DNA of 64,000 nucleotides, from positions 32,743 to 96,742 of the forward strand of contig CAYZAK010000002.1 of assembly GCA_964476445.1 (NCBI GenBank). Direction: 5' to 3'. This document shows, one piece after another, positions 9,031 through 18,325 of the stretch. The notes under the pieces are model-generated. The model searched no databases and was not told the origin of the DNA. It saw only the letters and a list, made by a program, of their open reading frames with translations. This DNA is from an uncultured bacterium. Its GTDB lineage: Bacteria > CG03 > SLGR01 > JAGXOG01. Both the position numbers and the translations under genes were made by a program. How positions within the stretch are numbered: position 1 is the first letter of the stretch; every line of letters starts with the position of its first letter.

Positions 9031-10474
9031 TGAAAATTATCGGATAACGATCGGTCTGGAGGTTCATGTTCACCTTAAGACCCATACCAAAATTTTTTGC
9101 CGGTGTTATAATGACTACGGTTCACCGCCAAATACCAATATCTGTCCGGTATGCACCGGTCAGCCGGGAACTTTACCGGTTTTAAACGGACGGGCTGTCA
9201 ATCAGGCCCTGAAAGCAGCCCTGGCCTTAAATTTTAATATAAATTACACTTCCGTATTTTCCCGCAAGCAGTACTATTATCCCGACCTTCCCAAAAATTA
9301 TCAGATATCCCAGTATAAGATACCGGTGGCCGAAAACGGTTTTTTAAATGTAGATGGTAGAAAAATAAATATTACCCGGGCCCACCTGGAAGAGGACGCA
9401 GGTAAATTAATTCACGGGGATAGAGGAAAATCCATGATCGATTACAACCGTACGGGAGCTCCTCTTCTGGAGATAGTTTCGGAACCGGAAATAGAGTCCC
9501 CGAAAGAGGCGGGTAATTATCTTAGAACGTTAAAAAGGATTTTAAAATATTGTGGGGTAAGCGACTGTGATATGGAAAAAGGGTCCTTGAGATGCGATGC
9601 TAATTTAAGTTTAAAACCAGTAAAGGACAGTTCAGAAAAATTAGGTGTCAAGACGGAAGTTAAAAATATGAACTCTTTTAAAGCGGTAGAGAAGGCGCTG
9701 GCCCGGGAAGCTGACCGCCAGGCAAAACTTCTGGATAAAGGGTTGCCGGTTAAACAGGAGACCCGGTTGTGGGAAGAAGGTAAGGAAACAACTTTATCCA
9801 TGAGATCTAAAGAAGAAGCCCATGATTACCGGTATTTCCCGGATCCCGATCTGCCCCCCCTTAAAGTAAGCAAAAAACAGGTTAAAAAATTAAAACAGAC
9901 TATTCCTGAACTTCCGGAATCTAAAAAGAAAAGATATATGTCCGAATACGGTCTTTCAGAGTATGACTGCGGGGTACTTACCCGGGAGAAAGAGACGGCG
10001 GATTATTTTGAAGAGGCTGTTAAATATTTAAAAGATAAAGATTTTCAAATAGTAAAAAAACTGGTCAACTGGATTACTGTGGAACTAACCGGAAAACTTA
10101 ATACTGAAAGTTTAGGTATAACCGAGAGTCCGGTCACTCCAGAACTAATTGCCGAACTCATAGATTTAATTGCCGGCGGCACCGTCTCCGGTAAGATGGC
10201 CAAGAAAATTTTTGAAATAAGCTGGGAAAAACATAAATCTCCGAAAAAAATTGTAAAAGATAGCGGAATGGAACAGATTACTTCAACTAACAAGATAGAA
10301 GATCTGTGCCGGACAGCACTTGACAAAAATCCGGAAATTGTTAAAAAGTATATAAACGGTAAAGAAGGGGTGATAGGAGCCCTGGTTGGAAGCATAATGA
10401 AACAGACAAAAGGGCAGGCCAATCCCCGGAAGGTTAATGAAAAACTAAAAGAATTACTGGAAAATAAGAAGTAG
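9023..10474 (+). CDS. gatB: Asp-tRNA(Asn)/Glu-tRNA(Gln) amidotransferase subunit B
   Basis: ITIGLEVHVHL, HLEEDAGK motifs, C-terminal YqeY-like tail; overlaps gatA by 8 nt. Confidence 0.9.
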   Translation: MNNENYRITIGLEVHVHLKTHTKIFCRCYNDYGSPPNTNICPVCTGQPGTLPVLNGRAVNQALKAALALNFNINYTSVFSRKQYYYPDLPKNYQISQYKIPVAENGFLNVDGRKINITRAHLEEDAGKLIHGDRGKSMIDYNRTGAPLLEIVSEPEIESPKEAGNYLRTLKRILKYCGVSDCDMEKGSLRCDANLSLKPVKDSSEKLGVKTEVKNMNSFKAVEKALAREADRQAKLLDKGLPVKQETRLWEEGKETTLSMRSKEEAHDYRYFPDPDLPPLKVSKKQVKKLKQTIPELPESKKKRYMSEYGLSEYDCGVLTREKETADYFEEAVKYLKDKDFQIVKKLVNWITVELTGKLNTESLGITESPVTPELIAELIDLIAGGTVSGKMAKKIFEISWEKHKSPKKIVKDSGMEQITSTNKIEDLCRTALDKNPEIVKKYINGKEGVIGALVGSIMKQTKGQANPRKVNEKLKELLENKK

Positions 10475-10520
10475 GTAAAGGTAGAGTTTAAGTTTAAAGT
10501 TATTAATAAGGAGAGTTTTT

Positions 10521-11096
10521 ATGGAAAGTGTAAAAGGAACTAAAACGGAAAAAAATTTACTGGCCTCTTTTGCCGGTGAATCTCAGGCCAGAAACAGGTA
10601 CGATTATTTTGCTTCGGTGGCCAAAAAAGAAGGTTATGTTCAGATATCCGAAATATTCAAAGAAACAGCTTTGAATGAAAAAGAACACGCTAAGCGGTTC
10701 TTTAAATATCTGGATGGAGGCGATGTAGAAATTTCTGCTGCGTACCCGGCAGGTGTAATAGGAACTACTAAAGAAAACTTACTTGCTGCCGCCGAAGGCG
10801 AGCATGAGGAATGGTCTTCAATTTACAGCGATATGAAAGATACGGCCAGTGAAGAAGGATTTGATGAGATAGCAAATCAGTTTGAGGAAATTGCCGAAGT
10901 GGAAGAGGAACACGAAGCAAGATACCGTAAACTTCTGTCAAATATAAAACAGGGCAAAGTTTTCAAACGAGATGAAAGGGTAAGATGGAAATGTATAAAC
11001 TGCGGTTATGTACACGAAGGCAAAGAAGCACCCGAAGTATGTCCCGCCTGTAAGCATCCTCAGTCTTATTATCAATTAAAAGAGGAAACTTATTAA
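10521..11096 (+). CDS. rbr: rubrerythrin (diiron ferritin-like domain + C-terminal rubredoxin-like CxxC...CxxC)
   Basis: E..H diiron motifs; CINCGYVHEG...CPACKHP. Confidence 0.85.
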   Translation: MESVKGTKTEKNLLASFAGESQARNRYDYFASVAKKEGYVQISEIFKETALNEKEHAKRFFKYLDGGDVEISAAYPAGVIGTTKENLLAAAEGEHEEWSSIYSDMKDTASEEGFDEIANQFEEIAEVEEEHEARYRKLLSNIKQGKVFKRDERVRWKCINCGYVHEGKEAPEVCPACKHPQSYYQLKEETY

Positions 11097-11106
11097 AGGC
11101 GATTAA

Positions 11107-11862
11107 ATGAGAACTGCTAACCCGGCCTTAAAAAAGGAGGCTTTTGCCGGAACTTATGCCGGCGGCTCAACGGATTCGATGACCCTTCAGGGTACGGTAA
11201 ACAAATCGGCCCTTCTTCTGGTTCTGGTTTTGAGTTCGTCTCTGTGGATATGGAATAAGTTTTTTTCCGCCGGCGGATCCGTGGAAGCCATGCGGACTGT
11301 AACCCCCTGGATGTGGGGTGGTCTTTTCGGGGGATTGATACTGGCGGTCGTTACAATATTTAAACAAGAATTGTCCCCCTACACCGCTCCGGCTTACGCT
11401 CTTGTGGAAGGCCTTTTTTTAGGCGGCATTTCGGCATGGGCCGAAGCTAATTATCAGGGTATAGTAATTCAGGCCATATCCCTGACTTTCGGAACCCTGT
11501 TTGTACTGCTGCTATTATACACTTCCGGAATTATCAAGGTTACCGATAAGTTAAGGATGGGTATTGCCTCGGCCACCGGAGCTATATTTCTTATTTATAT
11601 GGTATCGATGATTATGAGATTATTCGGCGCCCAGGTTCCTTATATCCACGGGTCCGGTTTAGTGGGGATAGGCTTTAGTCTGTTTGTGGTGACCATTGCT
11701 TCGTTAAATCTGGTTCTTGACTTTGATTTAATTGAAAGGGGCGTGTCCTCCGGGGCTCCCGGTTACATGGAGTGGTACGGAGCGTTCGGGTTAATGGTTA
11801 CTCTTGTATGGCTGTATATAGAAATTTTGAGACTGCTTATGAAACTTCAGAGTAACAGGTAG
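11107..11862 (+). CDS. Bax-inhibitor-1/YccA-family membrane protein
   Basis: 251 aa, N-terminal MRTANPAL...QAF-like start typical of the family, about 7 TM helices. Confidence 0.55.
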   Translation: MRTANPALKKEAFAGTYAGGSTDSMTLQGTVNKSALLLVLVLSSSLWIWNKFFSAGGSVEAMRTVTPWMWGGLFGGLILAVVTIFKQELSPYTAPAYALVEGLFLGGISAWAEANYQGIVIQAISLTFGTLFVLLLLYTSGIIKVTDKLRMGIASATGAIFLIYMVSMIMRLFGAQVPYIHGSGLVGIGFSLFVVTIASLNLVLDFDLIERGVSSGAPGYMEWYGAFGLMVTLVWLYIEILRLLMKLQSNR

Positions 11863-11874
11863 TTATTTAAAACA

Positions 11875-12540
11875 TCAAGCTAATATTTTTTCCAATCCAC
11901 CGTAAAGAAACCACATACCAAAAAGTATCAGAAAAATACCGCATCCGTAAATAATCCGGTGATAAATTTTTTCTTCTACAATATCTTTAGATTTTCCGGT
12001 TGTGTAAGAAATAAAGGAGTACCAGGTAAAATCTGCCAGTATATGTCCGGAGAAAAATAGACCGATCCCGGCAAGATTATATTCCAGGGCTTTTATTAAG
12101 TATCCCATACCTATGGTAATCCACCATATAGTCCAGTAGGGGTTGGCCAGACTGACAACAATACCGCTTACTACCGGGTTAAAGGTGAGTAAACTCAGAT
12201 CTTTTGATTTGGGTTTCAGAGTAAATTTTTTACCGGATCGAACCAGGGTAATCCCCATGTATACAAGGATAGTTCCCCCGGCCAAAAATACAGTTGTTAT
12301 TACAACCGGCCGGGACAAAAAATTTTTTAAGCCCAGCAGGATGAGTACAATTAAAAAAATCTCCAGTAACATGTGTCCGAATACTACCAGAGGTCCGGCA
12401 GGAAAGCCCCTCTTCATGGAATGGGCTACGGTAACGGTTAAAAGCGGTCCGGGCATAAGGGCCCCGGAGAGAGCGACCACAAATGCTCCGGTAAAAATCA
12501 GAAAAAGTTCCATGCAATATGATATATTATGAATTTTCAC
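11875..12540 (-). CDS. LysE/RhtB-family amino-acid exporter
   Basis: about 210 aa, 6 TM; N-terminal GALMPGP motif; start may be the second Met (12513). Confidence 0.7.
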   Translation of the reverse strand: MKIHNISYCMELFLIFTGAFVVALSGALMPGPLLTVTVAHSMKRGFPAGPLVVFGHMLLEIFLIVLILLGLKNFLSRPVVITTVFLAGGTILVYMGITLVRSGKKFTLKPKSKDLSLLTFNPVVSGIVVSLANPYWTIWWITIGMGYLIKALEYNLAGIGLFFSGHILADFTWYSFISYTTGKSKDIVEEKIYHRIIYGCGIFLILFGMWFLYGGLEKILA

Positions 12541-12576
12541 TTGTAAAGTTAAGGGGAAAATATAAAATTAAAAAAG

Positions 12577-13839
12577 ATGGATAATAAAACAAACAAAAAG
12601 TTAAAGCAGCCCGAACTTTTGGCGCCGGCCGGAAATTTAAAAAAATTGAGGATTGCCTATAAATACGGTGCGGATGCCGTTTATGTGGGGGGAAAAAAAT
12701 TCGGACTTAGAGCCGCTGCTCAAAATTTTACCCGGACGGAAATTCAAAAAGGGCTAAAAACAGCCCGCAAAAAAGGAAAAAAATTATATATAACCCTGAA
12801 TATAATTCCCCGGGATAAAGATTTTAAAGAAATTGAAGATTATGTTAAATTTTTAGATCGGATTAAGGTTGACAGAATTATAGTTTCGGACCCCGGAATT
12901 TTAGAGACTGTCCGTAAATTTGCGCCGGATCTAACGGTACATTTGAGCACCCAGGCCAACACCACAAATTCAAGAAGCGCCTTGTTCTGGTCCGAAAACG
13001 GGATAAAACGAATTATTCTTGCCAGAGAACTTAATTTAGCGCAAATTACAAAAATCCGGGAAAAGTTACCTGAAGATGTTGAACTGGAAACTTTTGTTCA
13101 CGGAGCAATGTGTATGTCCTATTCAGGGCGCTGTCTTTTAAGTAGTTATCTTACCGGCCGGCAGGCCAACAGGGGAGAGTGCACCCAGCCGTGCCGGTGG
13201 AGTTATCAGTTGACCGAAAAGGAAAGACCGGGAGAGTATTTGCCGGTAATGGAAGGCGAGGATTACACCACAATTTTAAGTTCAAAAGACCTGTGCTTGG
13301 CCAAGCACGTACCAGAACTGATAGATGCCGGGATAGACAGTTTTAAGGTTGAGGGCCGGATGAAGAGCAGTTATTACGTGGCCCTGGTAACTTCGGTTTA
13401 CAGAAAAATAATTGACGGTTATATGGAAAAGCCCGGCGGCTACACTGTCTCTAAAAATTTATTAAAAGAGCTGGATAAAGTCAATCACCGGGAGTACACT
13501 CAAAGTTTCAACAATAATTCCCCGTCCCGGGAAGATCAAACCTATAGGTCCAAGGCCTACATTAAAAAATATGAGTTTATGGGGGTGGTACAAGAATACT
13601 TAAAGGAAAAGGGTTTGGCCAGGGTGGAGACTAAAAATAAATTAGTGGAAGGGGATAAAATAGAATTTTTCCAGCCCGGTCTGAACGTATTTAGCCATAA
13701 AATTGACCGGATGTTTAACCGGGATATGGAGCCTGTACGTTCGGCGCCCCATGTCCGGCAGACCGTTTACATAAAAACGGCCCGGCCGGTTAAAAAACAG
13801 GATATAATAAGAAAAAAAGTTAACTTTAAAGACAAGTAA
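12577..13839 (+). CDS. peptidase U32 family protein (RlhA/TrhP-like)
   Basis: U32 signature E-x-F-x-HGAMCMSYSGRC; 420 aa. Confidence 0.85.
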   Translation: MDNKTNKKLKQPELLAPAGNLKKLRIAYKYGADAVYVGGKKFGLRAAAQNFTRTEIQKGLKTARKKGKKLYITLNIIPRDKDFKEIEDYVKFLDRIKVDRIIVSDPGILETVRKFAPDLTVHLSTQANTTNSRSALFWSENGIKRIILARELNLAQITKIREKLPEDVELETFVHGAMCMSYSGRCLLSSYLTGRQANRGECTQPCRWSYQLTEKERPGEYLPVMEGEDYTTILSSKDLCLAKHVPELIDAGIDSFKVEGRMKSSYYVALVTSVYRKIIDGYMEKPGGYTVSKNLLKELDKVNHREYTQSFNNNSPSREDQTYRSKAYIKKYEFMGVVQEYLKEKGLARVETKNKLVEGDKIEFFQPGLNVFSHKIDRMFNRDMEPVRSAPHVRQTVYIKTARPVKKQDIIRKKVNFKDK

Positions 13840-13847
13840 TTTAAAAA

Positions 13848-16800
13848 TTAATTTTCTGTTTGGATAAAATTTTTCAGCTGAACTTCGGCGTCTAATTTCT
13901 GGGCGTTCCCGGTAAGCCGGTAGTCGCAGATCCGCTTAGCCTGAAGACAAAATGCTTCAATCCGGGCTTCCACTTCCTGGGATAGGACATTGCCGTCTGT
14001 CTCAATAGCCAGAAACGGCAACATGGAGAGTTCCTCCACCAGAGCATGAACCTTATGATCGCTGTCTTCAATAATTTTCTTCTGGGATTTTATGGATTCG
14101 GAAAGAACTGCTTCCGAAAGCCGGTTGGGCATACATCCAAACGGACCGATAGCTATAATTCCGTCCACATGATCGACAATATCTGTTATAGACGTTCCTA
14201 TGGTTAAAATTGCTTCTCCGGTAAGTTCCGGGGAGAATATATCACGGGTGGCGTCTACAACTTCTTTAATATTAATAGTGTGTCCGTTGAACAGACCGCT
14301 TCTGGAAGTGGTCTTTTTTATGGTATTTTCAAAGTATTTTTTAATGGAGAAAACCAGTTTGTGTTTTAACCGGCCCATAAAAGAAGAAATATTGAAATCT
14401 TCGTCGTCTTCAGTGAGATAATCCAGGTAGTAAAGCCATTCGTGCATGGGAACCACCCGGGTTATAATACCCCGGTCGGCCATATTTTCTACCAGGTACT
14501 GCCTGGAAAATTCATCCTGTCGGACATATATTTCTCCCACCAGCCCGATTTTTGGTGTGTCTTTAACTGATTGAGTTAAATCTATTTTGGAAAGCCGATT
14601 CATTTCTTCTTTTAAAATTTTTTTAACTTTAAACCAGGAGTGCTTAGAAAGAGCATTGTAAATACGGTCAGTGCTATTTTTATAAATTTTCAGTGCTTTT
14701 TCTTTATCTGCGGCTAACGTCCTTAAGGTGCTGTATATGTCGCTTAAAGAATCGCCTATAAGCAGGGACTGCCAGGCTCTTAAAGTAAACCGTTCCCCCA
14801 GTCCTCCGTAGTTATTTTTATCAGATAAAGAGAGTATGGCCACATCTTCAAGTTCATTGTCCTCGATATAATTATTCATAAAGATGTTGTACTGTCCGAA
14901 CCGGCATGGTCCCGAGGATCTGGGCATAAAATATATCAGAAATTGATCCGGGTCCTTTTGGTCTTTATAGTAATTTATAAGACTGCCCAGGGTTAACTGC
15001 AGGGGGAGGCACTCTTTCCCGGTGCAGTTGGCTTTACCGGATTTAAGTTCCGGCTGGGAGGGAGGCTTACAGGCCTCGGCTTTTATGCCGTAATAACGCA
15101 GAGCGGCAATCGATGCCCGGGTTATTTTTTGTCCCATGGAGGGGACGAGCACTTTTACTTTATCATCGGTCAGGGAGTACTCGTTACCGGAGGATGATAT
15201 AGCGGCAATACCGTTTTTATCCACTCTCATCCTGGCCTGCCGGTAATCTGACGAAGAATTATCTTTAAAAGAGTTCTTATCCAGCTGCCGGTAGCTGGCC
15301 ACTACATCCAAAAAAGCTTCTATCCGGGTATCTATGCCCGCGTCTGCGGTATGGCTGTCCAGCTCCAGAGTAAGGGTGGGTTTTCGACCGTTGATTCTTC
15401 TGAAATAACTAAGTAAAAAAGAATCAGGCCCGCAACTGAAATTTGTAATATAGGTTGCAAAAAGCTGAGGGTGATCACTTACATATTTGGCGCCCCGTAT
15501 AATTTGTTGTCCCAGAGCCCAGTACATAGACGGATCGGGTTCTATTTCTTCAACTGGAAGCATGTCAAATGGAATAACCAGTTCACCACGGGATGCAAAT
15601 TTATGGGGTATTCCCATATTGGCTACTGAAGTGAGGGCGTTGTAGGCCCGTCCGAAAATAACAACGGCTTTGTCCCGGGGGTTTTCTTTTAGTTCTTTTA
15701 GGGCATTTTCACCTATATTTCGGCAAGCTTTTCTGAAATCCCGCTGATATTTTACCGCATTGAAATAGGCCTCTTTTATTTCATCGGTCGTATGGTTGAG
15801 TTTACGGCCTATTTTTAAAAAAACGTCTTCGGCTGTATCATATCCTTTTTGAAAATTAAGTACCGGAGTTAATACATTATCTTTTTTTAATTCCGGCCAG
15901 ATGGCCTGAAGATAGTAAGGTTCCCCCTGGGATAGCGGACACATGATGGACCTGCCCTGATATCCGGTCACCGGCAGACTTTTTACCTGGGGCAGAAAAA
16001 TATAGTCGGTATCCCGCTTGTTAAGTAAATCGTGCATGTAGCCGTGACTTAATTCAACCGGGTAGCAGAAAGAAGAAGCCTGTCTCTGTTTACCTTCAGC
16101 GGAAGGTTTTTCAGGAAGTACTATACTGTGCCCCAGTTCCCCGAAAAACTTGGAGAAAAGGGGAAGTAAAGTGTTAATTGCAAGAGAACGGTTAATACCT
16201 ATTTTTTTGGATTCAGGCCCTGATACTTTAGGTTTATAAAAATAGTCATCAAATACTAGTTGCTCTCGTTTTCGGACCAGATCAAGTTCCCGGACATCAA
16301 TTTCCTGCTCGTTTCCCCGGTTGTAGTACTTATCGCATATTCCTCCGAAAGGATACTTTTTGCCGTCTATTTCCAAGACATTTATTTCGCATTTCCGGTC
16401 GCATTTTTCAATCCCCCCCCTGCAGATAAACGGATCATGGTAGGTGACCTCTCGGGTAGAAAGGTCAGCCAGGTCGAAATCACTTTTTTGGGTTAACCCA
16501 AGTTTAATATTCTCTTTTACCACCAGGGCTACTCCGAAAGCGCCCATGAGGCCCGGTTCGGGGGGGACAATAATCTCTTTACCGGTAAGAGCGGCCATGG
16601 CCATGGGAACCGCTTTGTTGTAACAGACTCCGCCCTGCATAAAAACTTTGCCTCCAACCGGTCGGCTTTCTTTTACCCGGTTGGTATAATTCCGGCATAT
16701 AGAGTAGACCAATCCGGCGCATATATCGTCAATACCTATACCTTCCTGGATGGAGGTTTTGATATCGCTGCTTATAAATGCCGAGCACTGGTCGCTGAAA

Positions 16801-18179
16801 TTAGGAGGAGACTGTCCTTTGATTGCATGACCGGAAATTTCTTCCATTTCTACGTTTAATACTTCGTAGGCCGATTCTTCTAAAAACGAGCCCGTACCCG
16901 CGGCGCAGGCCTCGTTCATAGCGTAATCTGTGGGGACTCCGTTAACCAGGTAGGTGTACTTGGCGTCCTGGCCCCCGATTTCAAATATTGTATTAACTTC
17001 TTGGTCAAAATGGACCGAAGCTTTAGCATGGGCGATTATCTCGTTAATTACGGAATCCGTTAATGCGTGAAGACCCACTATGTGTCTTCCCGAACCGGTG
17101 ACTCCCAGACCTATTATATTTATATCTTTGCCTTTTACATCTTCGGCCAGACGAGAATAGCATTCCCGGACCGCGGCCACCGGATCTCCCTCTGTGCGTA
17201 GATAGATAGATCCCAAGAGGGCGTTATCCTCTTTTCGTATGAGAACTGCTTTAGTTGTAGTAGATCCCACATCCACCCCTAAGATACAGGTATCCCCGGT
17301 TTTTATACTGTCCCGTTCGATAGAATAAAACTTTACTTTATCTTTATATTTTTCAAGAGGCTCCATAAAATCGAAAGAGCTGCTGTTTTGAACAAAAAGA
17401 TTTGAGTCTTTGTAGTTGTCACCGTTTTTTAGACCCCAGAGGGCCGCTCCCAGGGCTTCAAAATATACCGCTTCCTTAGGAACCATAAGTTCTCTGACTC
17501 TTTTGCGGAGGTCTTTTAACATAACTTTATTTTTTGCCGTTCCCCCGACTAAACAGACCCGTCGAGCGCCGCATTTACTTAGTTGTTCTCCGATTCTGTT
17601 GACCATCATTTTACTCAACCCGGCTACTATTCTGCCTTTATCTTCTCCTTTATTGAGAGCGTGAGTACAGTCGCTTTTACAGAATACCGAACATCGACCT
17701 GAAACTTCGTAGGGATCATCTAATTTGGCAATATCCCCGGTTTCTTCGAGTTTTACTCCCATGCGTTTTAGCTGCTGAAAATAGAACTCCCCGGTCCCCG
17801 ATGCGCATTTGTTCCCGGTATAGACATTGGAAATATTACCCATTTTGTTTAGTTTATAAACCATGAAGGTTTCTCCGCCGGCGGAAATTATAGCTTCAAT
17901 GGTGTCGTTTCCGTCCGCAACAAATTTATAGGCCAGCTCTGTGGCCTTGGGCTCGGAAACGGTGGGCAGTTCAACCAAATTTTTAAACTTTCGCCCGGTA
18001 ACCCCGTAACGGTCACAACCGGAAAATTCTTTTTTGTTAAGTATCCGGGTTAAAGTTTCCTTAACTATACCTTCATGGGGACGGGTAACAACGTGTTCGA
18101 CAGTAGGTTGTCCCTTCCCGGTTTTAAGTTTAACTACCTTGATGGTGGAAGTCCCCATACATATACCTACCGAATACAT
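13848..18179 (-). CDS. 1443-aa fusion protein: two tandem BadF/BcrA/HgdC-type CoA-enzyme activase (ASKHA ATPase) domains + Cys-rich linker + DUF2229/HgdB-like dehydratase-component domains
   Basis: Two actin-fold phosphate-1 motifs (GICMGTSTIKVV; LGVDVGSTTTKAVL) and two adenosine/cluster motifs (CASGTGEF; CAAGTGSFLEE); CRGGIEKCDRKC cysteine cluster; RBS GGGGAGG 5 nt before ATG. Confidence 0.8.
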   Translation of the reverse strand: MYSVGICMGTSTIKVVKLKTGKGQPTVEHVVTRPHEGIVKETLTRILNKKEFSGCDRYGVTGRKFKNLVELPTVSEPKATELAYKFVADGNDTIEAIISAGGETFMVYKLNKMGNISNVYTGNKCASGTGEFYFQQLKRMGVKLEETGDIAKLDDPYEVSGRCSVFCKSDCTHALNKGEDKGRIVAGLSKMMVNRIGEQLSKCGARRVCLVGGTAKNKVMLKDLRKRVRELMVPKEAVYFEALGAALWGLKNGDNYKDSNLFVQNSSSFDFMEPLEKYKDKVKFYSIERDSIKTGDTCILGVDVGSTTTKAVLIRKEDNALLGSIYLRTEGDPVAAVRECYSRLAEDVKGKDINIIGLGVTGSGRHIVGLHALTDSVINEIIAHAKASVHFDQEVNTIFEIGGQDAKYTYLVNGVPTDYAMNEACAAGTGSFLEESAYEVLNVEMEEISGHAIKGQSPPNFSDQCSAFISSDIKTSIQEGIGIDDICAGLVYSICRNYTNRVKESRPVGGKVFMQGGVCYNKAVPMAMAALTGKEIIVPPEPGLMGAFGVALVVKENIKLGLTQKSDFDLADLSTREVTYHDPFICRGGIEKCDRKCEINVLEIDGKKYPFGGICDKYYNRGNEQEIDVRELDLVRKREQLVFDDYFYKPKVSGPESKKIGINRSLAINTLLPLFSKFFGELGHSIVLPEKPSAEGKQRQASSFCYPVELSHGYMHDLLNKRDTDYIFLPQVKSLPVTGYQGRSIMCPLSQGEPYYLQAIWPELKKDNVLTPVLNFQKGYDTAEDVFLKIGRKLNHTTDEIKEAYFNAVKYQRDFRKACRNIGENALKELKENPRDKAVVIFGRAYNALTSVANMGIPHKFASRGELVIPFDMLPVEEIEPDPSMYWALGQQIIRGAKYVSDHPQLFATYITNFSCGPDSFLLSYFRRINGRKPTLTLELDSHTADAGIDTRIEAFLDVVASYRQLDKNSFKDNSSSDYRQARMRVDKNGIAAISSSGNEYSLTDDKVKVLVPSMGQKITRASIAALRYYGIKAEACKPPSQPELKSGKANCTGKECLPLQLTLGSLINYYKDQKDPDQFLIYFMPRSSGPCRFGQYNIFMNNYIEDNELEDVAILSLSDKNNYGGLGERFTLRAWQSLLIGDSLSDIYSTLRTLAADKEKALKIYKNSTDRIYNALSKHSWFKVKKILKEEMNRLSKIDLTQSVKDTPKIGLVGEIYVRQDEFSRQYLVENMADRGIITRVVPMHEWLYYLDYLTEDDEDFNISSFMGRLKHKLVFSIKKYFENTIKKTTSRSGLFNGHTINIKEVVDATRDIFSPELTGEAILTIGTSITDIVDHVDGIIAIGPFGCMPNRLSEAVLSESIKSQKKIIEDSDHKVHALVEELSMLPFLAIETDGNVLSQEVEARIEAFCLQAKRICDYRLTGNAQKLDAEVQLKNFIQTEN

Positions 18180-18325
18180 GATAAGACCTCCCCGATATAA
18201 TTAAATAGTAAAATGTTCATTTTTTTATTCCTGTTTACAATTAGTATATAAACTGTGCAAAACTTTTCTCAAAATTAAATTTACCAATTAAGAATTAAAA
18301 AATCAAGTTATTTTATAAAATAGGA
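18180..18325. promoter_or_regulatory. AT-rich intergenic region upstream of the giant activase gene (candidate TTGATT-17-TAAATT promoter on minus strand) / downstream of the HK
   Basis: Sigma70-like hexamers on the minus strand, strong RBS GGGGAGG before ATG 18179. Confidence 0.3.

Noticed and set aside
12143-12532. 129-aa plus-strand ORF and 95-aa minus-strand ORF overlapping the LysE-family gene
   Set aside because: Out-of-frame overlap with a gene whose translation is a convincing 6-TM LysE protein. The overlapping ORFs are Arg/Pro-rich frame artefacts.
16413-16420. Homopolymeric C8 tract (G8 on the coding strand) in the giant activase gene, plus C7/G7 tracts at 928-934, 9851-9857 and 54891-54897
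   Set aside because: Each encodes Gly-Gly or Pro-Pro runs in frame within conserved domains. The tracts recur throughout housekeeping genes (lysA, gatB, UDPGP). This is a codon-usage quirk, not a phase-variation switch, though sequencing errors here would frameshift.
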